Positions 28,886 through 38,458 of a DNA stretch of 64,000 nt are shown piece by piece; positions within the stretch are counted from its first letter, which is position 1, and every line of letters starts with the position of its first letter. Made by a program: the position numbers and the translations under genes. Location of the stretch: assembly GCA_965223545.1 (NCBI GenBank), contig OZ245006.1, positions 6,944,001 through 7,008,000 of the forward strand, in the 5' to 3' direction. The notes beneath the pieces are model-generated. The model was not told the origin of the DNA, made no database searches, and saw only the letters and a program-made list of their open reading frames with translations. This stretch comes from Planctomycetota bacterium (GTDB taxonomy: Bacteria > Planctomycetota > UBA1135 > UBA2386).

Positions 28886-30109
28886 GTGGCCGCCGATCTG
28901 ACGCTGTTTGCCGCCTGCCTGCCCGGGCTCGAGCCTGTCCTGCTCGAGGAGGTGCGCGCTGCGGTCGCAGCGTCGGCGCAGTCGGCGCCCGGCGGTGTGC
29001 AGTGGACGGGGGACCTGGCGTCGATGTACCGAGCCAATCTGCAGCTCGGCCTGGCGTCGCACGTGCTACTGCGCGTCGGCGAGTTCTCCGTGCGCAGCCT
29101 GGGCGAGTTGGTGCGCAAGGTGGCGCAGCTGGGGTGGGAGGAGTGGGTGGCCGCCGGGGAAGAGGTCGCGGTGCGCGCGACCTGCCGGCGGTCGCGGCTC
29201 TATCACACCGGCGCGGTGCAGCAGCGCGTCGTCGAGGGCATCGCGCGGCGGCTGGGCGCGAGGGGGGCGCGGTCCGAGGCCTCGACCACCGTGCCTGCGG
29301 CCGAGCCGATCACGGTCGTGGCGCGGCTGGCCTTCGACCGTTGCCAGCTGTCGATCGATACCTCGGGAGCGCCGCTGCACCGCCGTGGCTGGCGCCGACA
29401 ACCCGGCGCCGCGCCGGTGCGCGCCGATCTGGCGCGGGCCGCGCTGCGGACGGTGGGTTGGGCCGGCGACGGCCTGCTGGTCGACCCGTTGGCGGGGGTG
29501 GGCACCATCGCGATCGAGGCGGCGCAGCTGGCGCGCGGTATGGCGCCGGGCCGGATGCGCAGCTTCGCCTTCGAGCGCGGGGCGCTGTGTGATGCGGCGC
29601 TCTGGCAGCAGGTGCGCGCGGCGGCCGATGCGCGGGTGCGGCCGGCCGCCGAGCCGTGCGTGTTCGCCAGCGATCGCGACGCGCGCGCGATCGACGCGCT
29701 GCGCGACCACGCCGCGCACGCTGGCGTGGCGGAGGATGTCTCCGTCGAGCAGGCGCCGTTGTCGGCGGCTGGCGTGTGGGCGCGGTTGCCGGCGCGCGGT
29801 GCCTTGGTGACGCATCCGCCGTTCGGTCGACGGCTGGGCGATCGCGGTGGGCTGCGGCCGCTGTATCGGGCGCTCGGTGGCATCGGCCGGCAGCTGCCGC
29901 CGGCCTGGCGGCTGGCTTGGTTGGCCGGCGATCGCCGGTTGGCCCGGAGCGCCGGCATCTCCCTGCGCCCGGCGTGGATGACCGATCACGGCGGGGCCAA
30001 GGTTTGGCTGCTGGTCGGCGGTGCCGCGCTCGCGCGCGGCGCCGCCGGCGCCTACGCTCTGCCGCCTCATTCTGACTGTTCACTGCATTCTGAGAAACGA
30101 AACCAATGA
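28886..30109 (+). CDS. THUMP-domain RNA methyltransferase (RlmL-like)
   Basis: ACLPGLE, YRANLQL, SIDTSGAPLHRRGWR, DPLAGVGTIAIEAA, THPPFG; GTG start approximate. Confidence 0.85.
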   Translation: MAADLTLFAACLPGLEPVLLEEVRAAVAASAQSAPGGVQWTGDLASMYRANLQLGLASHVLLRVGEFSVRSLGELVRKVAQLGWEEWVAAGEEVAVRATCRRSRLYHTGAVQQRVVEGIARRLGARGARSEASTTVPAAEPITVVARLAFDRCQLSIDTSGAPLHRRGWRRQPGAAPVRADLARAALRTVGWAGDGLLVDPLAGVGTIAIEAAQLARGMAPGRMRSFAFERGALCDAALWQQVRAAADARVRPAAEPCVFASDRDARAIDALRDHAAHAGVAEDVSVEQAPLSAAGVWARLPARGALVTHPPFGRRLGDRGGLRPLYRALGGIGRQLPPAWRLAWLAGDRRLARSAGISLRPAWMTDHGGAKVWLLVGGAALARGAAGAYALPPHSDCSLHSEKRNQ

Positions 30110-31182
30110 GCAAGGTCTACGACATCGCGGTGCTGCCCGGCGACGGCATCGGCGAGGAGGTGGTGCGCGAGGGGCTCAAAGTATTGGACGCGGCCTGCGA
30201 CGTGTTCGGCTTCAAGACCGCGCGGGAGGTGTTGCCGTACGGTGCGGATCACTATCTGGCGACCGGTGAGACGATGCCGGATGCGGCGTTCGACCGCTTG
30301 GCCGACATGCACGCGGTGCTGCTCGGCGCGATCGGCGATCCGCGCATCGAGGTCGGCAAGCTGGAGTTCGCGATCATCGCCGGCCTGCGTTTCAAGCTGG
30401 ATCTCTACGTCAACCTGCGGCCGATCAAGCTGTTCCACGAGTCGCTGTGCCCCTTGAAGGACAAGGGACCCGAGCACGTCGACATGGTGATCTGCCGCGA
30501 GAACACCGAGGACGCCTACGCCGGCATCTACGGGCACTTGCGCAAGGGCACCGCCGACGAGGTCGCGCACCAGAGCATGGTCTACACGCGCATGGGGACC
30601 GAGCGCATCATTCGGTTCGCGTTCGAATTGGCGCAGAAGCGCGGGCCCAAGCCCGGTGCCGAGCAACCACAGGTGACGCTGATCGACAAGGCCAACGCGG
30701 TGCGCGCCCAGGACTTGTGGACGCGCACCTTCGCCGAGATCGCCGCCGAATATCCGGGCATCAAGACCGACCACGCCTACATCGACGCCGCCTGCATGTG
30801 GATGGTGAAGAACCCCGAGTGGTTCGACGTCGCGGTCACACCGAACTTGTTCGGTGACATCATCACCGACCTCGGCGCGATGATTCAGGGTGGCATGGGC
30901 ATCGCGGCGTCGGGCAACATCCACCCGGGTAAGGTTTCGATGTTCGAGCCGATCCACGGCTCGGCTCCCAAGTACCGGGGCCAGAACGTCGCCAACCCGC
31001 TGGCGACCATCGTCGCCGTGGCGATGATGCTCGAGCACCTCGGCGAGCGCGACGCAGCGCGCGCCGTCGAAGACACGGTCGGCGGCCTGATTCGCGACGG
31101 CCAGATCACCAGCCTGCAAGCCGGCGTCCACAAGACCGACGAGCTCGGCGACCTCGTCGCCAACGCCCTGCGCAGGCGGTAG
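30106..31182 (+). CDS. leuB: 3-isopropylmalate dehydrogenase (ICDH/IPMDH family)
   Basis: [51 protein letters not shown]. Confidence 0.85.
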   Translation: MSKVYDIAVLPGDGIGEEVVREGLKVLDAACDVFGFKTAREVLPYGADHYLATGETMPDAAFDRLADMHAVLLGAIGDPRIEVGKLEFAIIAGLRFKLDLYVNLRPIKLFHESLCPLKDKGPEHVDMVICRENTEDAYAGIYGHLRKGTADEVAHQSMVYTRMGTERIIRFAFELAQKRGPKPGAEQPQVTLIDKANAVRAQDLWTRTFAEIAAEYPGIKTDHAYIDAACMWMVKNPEWFDVAVTPNLFGDIITDLGAMIQGGMGIAASGNIHPGKVSMFEPIHGSAPKYRGQNVANPLATIVAVAMMLEHLGERDAARAVEDTVGGLIRDGQITSLQAGVHKTDELGDLVANALRRR

Positions 31183-31185
31183 TAC

Positions 31186-31306
31186 GGCTCGCTGAAAGTA
31201 CGGATCCAGGCTCCCATTCATCACTTCGCGGCGCCTCGCCGGCCGACGGCCGGCGAGGCGCCGCGAAGTGATGAATGGGAGCCTGGATCCGTACTTTCAG
31301 CGAGCC
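31186..31306. repeat. Perfect 121-bp palindrome (REPIN-like)
   Basis: 60-bp arms 31186-31245 and 31247-31306 are exact reverse complements around A31246. Confidence 0.97.
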
Positions 31307-31398
31307 CGCCCTACTTTCGGAAATGTCTGCGGGGGTGGGCTGCGAGTGGGGTTCTGCGGGGGCCGGAGCTCTTTCGGCTTTCCTTGCCCCGTAAACAC

Positions 31399-34300
31399 AT
31401 GCGCAGATCCCCCGTCCACCTCTTGCTCGTCGCCGTCTTCGCGGCGGTCACCTCGTCGGCGCTTCGCGCCCAGTTGCCGAGCTGGCAGCACCGCCCCGCC
31501 GCGGTGATCACCGGTTCGGCCGAGGCGTCGAACTTCATCTACTACGACACCCAGCGCCAGGTGCTGCGGCTTGCGACCAGCACGCAAACGGGAGTCGACA
31601 TCCAGTTCTGGGAATGGGATGGCGCGATCTGGCTGCCCACCGAAACGCTGTTCGGGGTCATCGTCTCCAACAGCGGCAGCGCTGGTCAAAGCGACACTTC
31701 GGCGGTGGTGTGGGATCCGCAGAACGCGCTCCTCTACATGCAAGCGACGGTCAACGGCGTGCTCGACGTGTACGCCTACGACGGCGCGACGCTGACGCCG
31801 ACCGGGCACCCGGGGCCGTGGGTGGACTTCTGGCCGGTCCTGAGCTACGCCGGCAACGGCCGGGTCCTGGACCCACGCACGGGCTTCATTTGGGATGGCA
31901 ACGCTTGGCTGCCGGCGACGACGTCGCCGAATGCGGCGTCGTTGTCCTTCGGCGCGGTCGCCAACGCGGTCTTCGATGCGACCAACGACCGCGTCCTGTC
32001 GGTCGAGGCCGACGGTGTCTACGACTGGGTCGAGGGGCGTTCGCCGAACGAGTGGCAGCTGTTCGGGCCGGCGCGCGGCACGATCCTCAACACACCGCTG
32101 TGGCAGGCGAGCCGCGATCGCATTCTGGCGTTGGGCAGTGACTTGCTCACCGGTGGCATCGCCACGGCGGAGTTCGCCGACCTCGGCGCGGGGTATGCGT
32201 GGCAGGATGTCGCCCAGCCCTTTACCGGTGCTGGGTTTGCGGTGTTCGCGCAGCTCGGCCACGACGTTGGTCGTGGCGAGTTCGTCATGGTCCTCACCGA
32301 CTTCTCGGGCCACCAGACCTACGTTCTCGCCGATGGCGCACCGCCGGCCAGTCCGCCGGTGATCCAGAACGAGCCGCAGAGCTTGACCGTCTGTGAGGGC
32401 GGCACGGCATCGTTTTCGGTGACCGCCAGCGGCGCCGCCCCGCTGGCGTACCAATGGCGCGTGGATGGGGCGCCGATCGCGGGGGCGACCGCATCGACAC
32501 TCACGATCGACCCGGTCGCTCTGGCCGATGCGGGCGCCTACGACGTGGTCGTGACCAATCCAGACGGCAGCGCCACCAGTCAGGCAGCGCAGCTGACCGT
32601 GCAGGCGTTGCCGCAGGCCGAGTTCGATGCGTTGGTGGCCATCAGTACCACTGGTCCGTCGGCGACCGCCATCTTCCGAGACCTGTCCACCGGGACGGTG
32701 TCGAGCTGGCTCTGGGATTTTGGCGATGGCAACACGTCGACCGAGCAGAACCCGACGCACACCTACCAGACCAGCGGCACCTTCGACGTGTCGCTGACCG
32801 TGTCGGGTTCCTGTGGAGCATCGACCGAGACCAAGGCCGGCTTCATCAACGTGCCGGCCCCACCGTCGCCCCTGATCCTGGACTTCTCCGTCTCGGACCC
32901 GGTCGTCACCGACGGCGAAGCCATCACCCTGACGCACGACTTCTTCAATGGCTCGGGCGTGATCGACCAGGGCGTCGGACCGGTCTCCCCGGGGCAGACG
33001 CCGGGCGTGCTCCCACCGCCGAGTGCGACCACGGTCTACACGTTGACCGTGACCAATTCCGCTGGTGAGTCGGTGTCGGCGACCGCGCAGGTGACGTCGC
33101 ACGCGCCGCCGTCGATCACCAACTTGTCCGCGTCCGCCGCGGTGGTGACCAATGGCGATTCCGTCGATCTGCTGCCGGTGTTCAGCGATGGCAGCGGAGT
33201 GCTCGCCGGTGGTGGTTTGCCGCCGACCGTGGTGACCAGCGGTGTCGCGGTGAACGTCGTGCCCCTCGACGACGCGACCACCACCTACACCTTGACGGTG
33301 ACCAATCCGGCCGGCGCCACCGCGCAGGCCAGCGTCGACGTGCTGGCGGTCGCGCCGGCGGTGATCGACAGCTTCCTGGCGTCGCCACCCAGCGTGGTGA
33401 ACGGCGAGACCACGGACCTGATCGGGCGGTTCAGCGGCGGGGTCGGCGTCATCGAGCCGGGGACCCTGATCGCCAGCAGCGGAGTGCCGGTGACGGTGTT
33501 GCCGCCACCCGATGCCACCACGCTCTACGTGCTGACGGTGACCAACGCCGCCGGCGACTCGGTCATGGCGCCGGCGTACGTCACCTCGGCCGCCGGGCTG
33601 CCGGTGATCACCAACCAGCCGCTGAGCCAGACCGTCGCGCTCGGCGCCAACGTCACCTTCTCGGTCGTCGCCACTGGCAGCGGGTTGAGCTACCAGTGGT
33701 GCAAGGACGGCGTGCCCCTGGCGGGTGAAACGCAGAGCACGCTGTCGATTACCGCCGCCACCGCGGCCGACGCAGGGCGCTACCAAGTCAAGGTCAGCAA
33801 CTCTGCCGGCACCGTGGTGAGCGACGCCGCCGTGTTGACGGTCACCACCGGCTGTCCTGACTGCAATGGCCTCAGCGTGCGGATCGACACCGACCTGATC
33901 GCCGACTTCAGCACGTCGCCGCCGTCCTGGCAGGGTGATCCCGCCCTTGCGCCCTACGTGTCCTTCGACACCAGCGGGCCGACGCCGGAGTCGTGGAAGA
34001 TGATCATCGACACCGGCCGCCACCGGCTCGAGGTCGTCGATGCGGCGACGGTATCGACCGGGATGGTGGCGCAGAGCGGTCGCTGGGCGGCACCCGGTCT
34101 CGAGGTGCGCACTTCGTGCACGGTATACGTCGGTCCCGGCGCGGCGCTGCAGGTCGAGTCCCGCAGCGCCCAGGCCGGCGAGCTCCGCATCCTCGCCGAT
34201 GGCGACGTGCTGATCGACGGCGTCGTCAGCAATCGCGGGCGGGCCAACGCGGGTGCTTCCGGCCGGGTCATCGTCGCCTCGCGTTGCGGCGACGTGCGCA

Positions 34301-35163
34301 TCGGTCCGAGTGGGTTGGTCCACACCGGAGCCGGCAGCGACATCCACCTGCTGGCCGGCGGCGATCCGGTGGCCGGCCCCGGTGGCGATGTGGTCGTCGC
34401 CGGTTTGGTCGAAGCGGTCTACCACCGCGCGCCCGCTCCGGCGGTGCGCATCGCCGCCCTCGACGGTGGCCTGACGGTGATCGGCACCAACTTGCGCCAG
34501 GTCATCGTCCGCGGCCGGCGGATCACCACGTCGGGCGTTGTCGTGCGCGCGTCGCGCAGCACGGCGGCCGCCGCCGGGCGCATCGAGCTGCAGGCGCAGG
34601 GCGACCTTGCGGTGGTCGGCAATACCGTGCAGCACTTCGCCTACCCCAACCCGGGGGCGGTGGGCATCAAGCTGCCGGGGTTGCACGGTGGCGGCGTCAT
34701 CGATGCGCGCTCCATCGGCGGTCGCATCCTGGCGGTGGACCGCGCGTTCGACAACGTCAACCACGACAACGGTGCCGCACTCAACCGCTTGTGGGCGGCC
34801 GGCGACGTGCACCTGTTGGTCAGCGGCGTGCCGAACAGCTCACCGCGGCCGGGCAAGGCGGCATACCGCATGCCGGTCGTCGACGTCAGCACGGTCGGCA
34901 ACGCCAGCGCCGGCACCAACGAGCTGCGCTCGTTCGGCGGCCAGGTCGCGCTCGTGGGGCGTGACACGATGGTCTTGGCGACCACGTGGAGCCCGATCGG
35001 CACGCCGGGCATCAACCTGCTGACGTCTTGCCTCGGGGTCGTCAACGGCGGCATCGTGCTGCCCGCCGACGCGTTCACCGCCGATGATTCCGGCGTCTGC
35101 GCGCCACCCGCTCCGCCGCCGCTTATTAGTGGCGCAACCGCCTTGGGCGTAGTCTGGCCCTGA
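31399..35163 (+). CDS. Secreted multidomain Ig/PKD surface protein, 1254 aa
   Basis: Signal peptide; WEWDG/YAYDG/FIWDG repeats; two Ig domains (YQW..DG...Y.V.V.N); PKD WLWDFGDG; three TT.Y.LTVTN.AG repeats; C-terminal GDV-repeat region. Confidence 0.88.
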   Translation: MRRSPVHLLLVAVFAAVTSSALRAQLPSWQHRPAAVITGSAEASNFIYYDTQRQVLRLATSTQTGVDIQFWEWDGAIWLPTETLFGVIVSNSGSAGQSDTSAVVWDPQNALLYMQATVNGVLDVYAYDGATLTPTGHPGPWVDFWPVLSYAGNGRVLDPRTGFIWDGNAWLPATTSPNAASLSFGAVANAVFDATNDRVLSVEADGVYDWVEGRSPNEWQLFGPARGTILNTPLWQASRDRILALGSDLLTGGIATAEFADLGAGYAWQDVAQPFTGAGFAVFAQLGHDVGRGEFVMVLTDFSGHQTYVLADGAPPASPPVIQNEPQSLTVCEGGTASFSVTASGAAPLAYQWRVDGAPIAGATASTLTIDPVALADAGAYDVVVTNPDGSATSQAAQLTVQALPQAEFDALVAISTTGPSATAIFRDLSTGTVSSWLWDFGDGNTSTEQNPTHTYQTSGTFDVSLTVSGSCGASTETKAGFINVPAPPSPLILDFSVSDPVVTDGEAITLTHDFFNGSGVIDQGVGPVSPGQTPGVLPPPSATTVYTLTVTNSAGESVSATAQVTSHAPPSITNLSASAAVVTNGDSVDLLPVFSDGSGVLAGGGLPPTVVTSGVAVNVVPLDDATTTYTLTVTNPAGATAQASVDVLAVAPAVIDSFLASPPSVVNGETTDLIGRFSGGVGVIEPGTLIASSGVPVTVLPPPDATTLYVLTVTNAAGDSVMAPAYVTSAAGLPVITNQPLSQTVALGANVTFSVVATGSGLSYQWCKDGVPLAGETQSTLSITAATAADAGRYQVKVSNSAGTVVSDAAVLTVTTGCPDCNGLSVRIDTDLIADFSTSPPSWQGDPALAPYVSFDTSGPTPESWKMIIDTGRHRLEVVDAATVSTGMVAQSGRWAAPGLEVRTSCTVYVGPGAALQVESRSAQAGELRILADGDVLIDGVVSNRGRANAGASGRVIVASRCGDVRIGPSGLVHTGAGSDIHLLAGGDPVAGPGGDVVVAGLVEAVYHRAPAPAVRIAALDGGLTVIGTNLRQVIVRGRRITTSGVVVRASRSTAAAAGRIELQAQGDLAVVGNTVQHFAYPNPGAVGIKLPGLHGGGVIDARSIGGRILAVDRAFDNVNHDNGAALNRLWAAGDVHLLVSGVPNSSPRPGKAAYRMPVVDVSTVGNASAGTNELRSFGGQVALVGRDTMVLATTWSPIGTPGINLLTSCLGVVNGGIVLPADAFTADDSGVCAPPAPPPLISGATALGVVWP

Positions 35164-35165
35164 AA

Positions 35166-35517
35166 GTACCGAGTCAGGCTCGATTTTCTCGCTTCGGCGC
35201 GCCGCCCAGGGGGAGCGCAAGCGAGGAGGTCAGACCCGCGGTGGGTCGGTGAGAGTGCGCCACCGCGGGCGCGCCGGTTCGGTATCGGTCCGCGGCGGAG
35301 CCTTCTGCGGCTTGTCCGCCGCTGGCTGACGTTGTGGCGGAGGGGGATTGGCAACGCGCGGATCGGGCGCGGATCTGGGTTCGGACATGACTTCTCCTTG
35401 GTCGCCCCGGTGCTCGACCGGGGCCGCCGGCACGGTAGCGCGGGCGTGGAGTCGGGGCAAGCTCCAGAGTTTCGGGGCGGCGGTCGCGAAGCGGAAAGAC
35501 CGAGCCTGACTCGGTAC
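35166..35517. mobile_element. Inverted REP-like pair enclosing about 320 bp (REPIN/MITE-like)
   Basis: Perfect 17-bp inverted repeat gtaccgagtcaggctcg at 35166-35182 and 35501-35517, extending imperfectly about 14 bp inward; mobility is inferred. Confidence 0.6.
35230..35388 (-). CDS. Small Pro-rich ORF (52 aa) inside the inverted repeats
   Basis: AAGGAG 6 nt upstream of ATG; MSEPRSAPDPRVANPPPPQ...RWRTLTDPPRV*. Confidence 0.45.
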   Translation of the reverse strand: MSEPRSAPDPRVANPPPPQRQPAADKPQKAPPRTDTEPARPRWRTLTDPPRV

Positions 35518-35572
35518 GTTCGGGGAGGGCTAAGATGGTGGTGGTCTTCAACCGCTGCAAGGAGCGGATCGC

Positions 35573-36397
35573 ATGCGCCGCACACACCGACGAACCTCTG
35601 GCTACGACTCCGCTCGCCTCGCGCGCGGGGCCGTCTTTGCTGTGCTCTTGCTGGCGGGCGCGGCGCCGCGGGCGCAGGAGGAGCCGCCGGCGCCGACGGA
35701 CGCCGAGGCAAAGGCCGAGACGCTGTTCTATCGCGCGTTCTTCGCCTACCGCGGTGAGCGGCGCTACGACGAGGCTCTGCGGCTGTATCGCGAGTTCCTC
35801 GCGGCGGCGCCCGAGCATCGCCACGCGGTGCGCGCGGCGCGCGACGTGCTGACCATCCTGACCCGGCGTGGCGACAGCGGCGCCGCCGAGGAGGCCCGCG
35901 GAGCGTATGCCTCGATCCTCGTCGACCCGGCCGCGGCCGAACGCGCCGAACGCCGTCGCCGTGGTGTGGACGACGCCAGTGACGAAAGCGAAGCCGAGGC
36001 CGAGGCCGATCCGGCCGGCGGCGAGGAGGAGAAGGGGGGCGAAGGCGCCGAGGCGCAACCCAAGGGCCAAAACGAGGAACCCGCGAACGTCGAGCAGGGC
36101 GCGGAGCCGGCGCCGCCGCGCGGTGGCACTGGCGAGCGCCGGGGCCGGGGCTTCGGCCGGCTCGACTTCAGCCAGGCGAGCGACGCCGAGATCGACGCGC
36201 ACATGCAGCGGATGGGGGAGTTCGTGCCGCGCGCCGTCGAGCGGCTGCGGGACGCCGGCGAGGACGAGACCGCGGCCGCCGCCGAAAAGGCGTGGCAGGA
36301 GTTGCAGGAGGCGGTCGAGGGCGGGGACAAGGCGGCGGCGCAGGCGGCCATGCAGACGCTGTCGCGCAACCTCCGCCGGCGCCGCGGCGCGCAGTGA
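35573..36397 (+). CDS. Exported hypothetical protein with TPR-like helices and acidic linker
   Basis: Signal-like GAVFAVLLLAGAAPRA; YDEALRLYREFLAAAP; E/G-rich linker. Confidence 0.7.
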   Translation: MRRTHRRTSGYDSARLARGAVFAVLLLAGAAPRAQEEPPAPTDAEAKAETLFYRAFFAYRGERRYDEALRLYREFLAAAPEHRHAVRAARDVLTILTRRGDSGAAEEARGAYASILVDPAAAERAERRRRGVDDASDESEAEAEADPAGGEEEKGGEGAEAQPKGQNEEPANVEQGAEPAPPRGGTGERRGRGFGRLDFSQASDAEIDAHMQRMGEFVPRAVERLRDAGEDETAAAAEKAWQELQEAVEGGDKAAAQAAMQTLSRNLRRRRGAQ

Positions 36398-37989
36398 CTC
36401 GGCGTCGGTCTGCGGCGGCGCGTCGGACGCCCGATCCGGTGCGCCTGGAGGTGTTTCACCATCTGCTCGCCGCGCTGTGCGAGGAGGCGGGCGCCCTGCT
36501 GCGCCGCAGCGCGATCAGCCCCAACATCCGCGCTCGCCGCGACTACTCCTTCGCTCTGTTCGACGCGAACGCGCGCCTGGTGGCACAGGCGGCGCACATT
36601 CCCGTGCACCTCGGCAGTGCGCGCGAAGCCGTGCTGGCGGCGCAGCGCGCCCACGCTCTCCGGCGCGGCGACGTCGTGCTGCTCAACGACCCGTTCGCCG
36701 GCGGCACGCATTTGCCCGACTTGACGCTGGTGCGGCCGGTGTTCGTCGGCCGCGGCGCGCGGCCCCGCTACTTCGCCGTCTGCCGCGCGCACCACGCCGA
36801 CGTCGGCGGCGCGACGCCGGGATCGATGGGAGTCGCCACCGAGCTGTTGGCTGAAGGCTTGGTGTTGCCCCCCGTCCTGATTCGCGCCGGGGGTGAGCCA
36901 GTGCGCGACGTGCTGTCGATGATCGCCGCCAACGTGCGCGGCGCGGCCGAGCGCATGGTCGACCTGCAGGCGCAGGAGGCGGCACTGTTGTTGGCGGAGC
37001 GGCGGCTCCTCGGCCTGATCGAGGAACACGGCGCGCGGACGGTCGAGGACTACTGTGGCTTCTTGATGGACTACACCGAGCGGCTGGTGGCGCACCGCCT
37101 CGCCGCCCTGCCGGCCGGCAGACATCGCGCGCGGGACGCGCTCGACGACGATGGAATGGGCGGCGGGCCGCTGCCCGTGTGCGTCACCGTCGAGATCGGC
37201 GACGGCCGCGTGGTGTGCGATTTTGCCGGCACCGCGCCGCAGGCGCGTGCCGGAGTCAACGCCAACCCGGGCATCGCACTGGCGGCGTGCCTCTACGTCG
37301 TGCGGGCGCTCTGCGGCGAGCGGGTGCCGACCAACGACGGTCTGTACCGGCGCGTGCTGCTGCGCACTCCGCCGGGATCGCTCGTCGACCCGAACCCCCC
37401 GGCGCCGGTTGCCGGCGGCAACGTCGAGACCAGCCAACGCCTGGTCGACGTCGTCATCCGCGCGTTCGCGCGCGCCTGTCCGCGGTTGTTGCCCGCTGCC
37501 TCGGCGGGCACCATGAGCAATCTGTCGATCGGCGGCGTCGACGGCGCTGGGAGGGAGTTCGCGTTCTACGAGACGCTGCCCGGCGGCGCGGGCGCCGCCG
37601 CCGCGCGAGCCGGCGTCTCCGCCGTGCAGACCCACATGACCAACACCGCGAACACGCCCGTCGAGGAACTGGAACACCGGTTGCCGCTGCGCGTCCGTCG
37701 CCTGACGGTGCGCCGCGGCTCGGGCGGGAGCGGCCGGCACCGCGGTGGTGACGGCTTGATCAAGGAGCTCGAGGTCGTGCGCGGTGAAATGACCTGCACC
37801 TTGCTGGCAGAGCGCCACACGAGCGCGCCGCAAGGCCTGGGCGGCGGCGGCGCGGCGCGGCCTGGAGCGGCGTTCTTGACCCGAGGTGGCCGGCGCCGGC
37901 GGGTGCCGGCAAAAAGCACCCACACCCTCGGCCCGGGTGATGTCGTCCTGGTCGAGACGCCGGGTGGAGGCGGCTGGGGGCGGGCTTGA
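36394..37989 (+). CDS. Hydantoinase B / oxoprolinase family protein
   Basis: DPVRLEVF, SPNIR.RRDYS, HIPVHLGS, NDPFAGGTHLPD, HHADVGG, GTMSN, HMTNT, ETPGGGGWG; GTG overlaps upstream TGA. Confidence 0.93.
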   Translation: MTRRRSAAARRTPDPVRLEVFHHLLAALCEEAGALLRRSAISPNIRARRDYSFALFDANARLVAQAAHIPVHLGSAREAVLAAQRAHALRRGDVVLLNDPFAGGTHLPDLTLVRPVFVGRGARPRYFAVCRAHHADVGGATPGSMGVATELLAEGLVLPPVLIRAGGEPVRDVLSMIAANVRGAAERMVDLQAQEAALLLAERRLLGLIEEHGARTVEDYCGFLMDYTERLVAHRLAALPAGRHRARDALDDDGMGGGPLPVCVTVEIGDGRVVCDFAGTAPQARAGVNANPGIALAACLYVVRALCGERVPTNDGLYRRVLLRTPPGSLVDPNPPAPVAGGNVETSQRLVDVVIRAFARACPRLLPAASAGTMSNLSIGGVDGAGREFAFYETLPGGAGAAAARAGVSAVQTHMTNTANTPVEELEHRLPLRVRRLTVRRGSGGSGRHRGGDGLIKELEVVRGEMTCTLLAERHTSAPQGLGGGGAARPGAAFLTRGGRRRRVPAKSTHTLGPGDVVLVETPGGGGWGRA

Positions 37990-38396
37990 ACAGGCGCGAC
38001 GGACGGTGGCCGGGTGGGATCGCGCTCGCCGTGGGCGTGCTGTTGACAACCTGTACACTGCCCTATCAGCCGGCGGTGGCGCAGCTCGACGGCGAGCCGG
38101 AGCGGGTGTTCGCGCGCGCGCTCGACGCGGTGCGGCTGCGCTACGGCCGCGTCGCGCGCGCCGAGTCGCGCCCTCTGCGGGTGCAGTCCGCGTGGGCGCC
38201 ACACGCTCGCGGCACCGCGGTCGGCGAGCGCCGCGCCACCGTGTTCCAGCACGCGCCGGGCGCCCTCGGTGTGGTGGTCGAGACGCGCTACCTCGAGCTG
38301 GGCTTCGATGGGCTGCCGCGGTGGGGCACCGTGCGCGCCGATCGCGGTCTCGAGGGCGAGCTGGTGGAGGCACTCGAGCAGGAGGTTCCGCGTTGA
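37986..38396 (+). CDS. Hypothetical (lipo)protein
   Basis: Coupled ORF; hydrophobic IALAVGVLLTTC. Confidence 0.6.
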   Translation: MNRRDGRWPGGIALAVGVLLTTCTLPYQPAVAQLDGEPERVFARALDAVRLRYGRVARAESRPLRVQSAWAPHARGTAVGERRATVFQHAPGALGVVVETRYLELGFDGLPRWGTVRADRGLEGELVEALEQEVPR

Positions 38397-38458
38397 ACGG
38401 TCGGTGCCGCCGGGCTCAAGTCTCCCATAGCGTGGAGCCGATCCCTGAGTCGCAGCCC

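Noticed and set aside
30067..31507. Two ORFs sharing the start MMNGSLDPYFQRA
   Set aside because: Artefact of the perfect palindrome read on both strands
35161..35521. Integron attC site or autonomous IS
   Set aside because: No RYYYAAC/GTTRRRY core pair, no integrase or transposase
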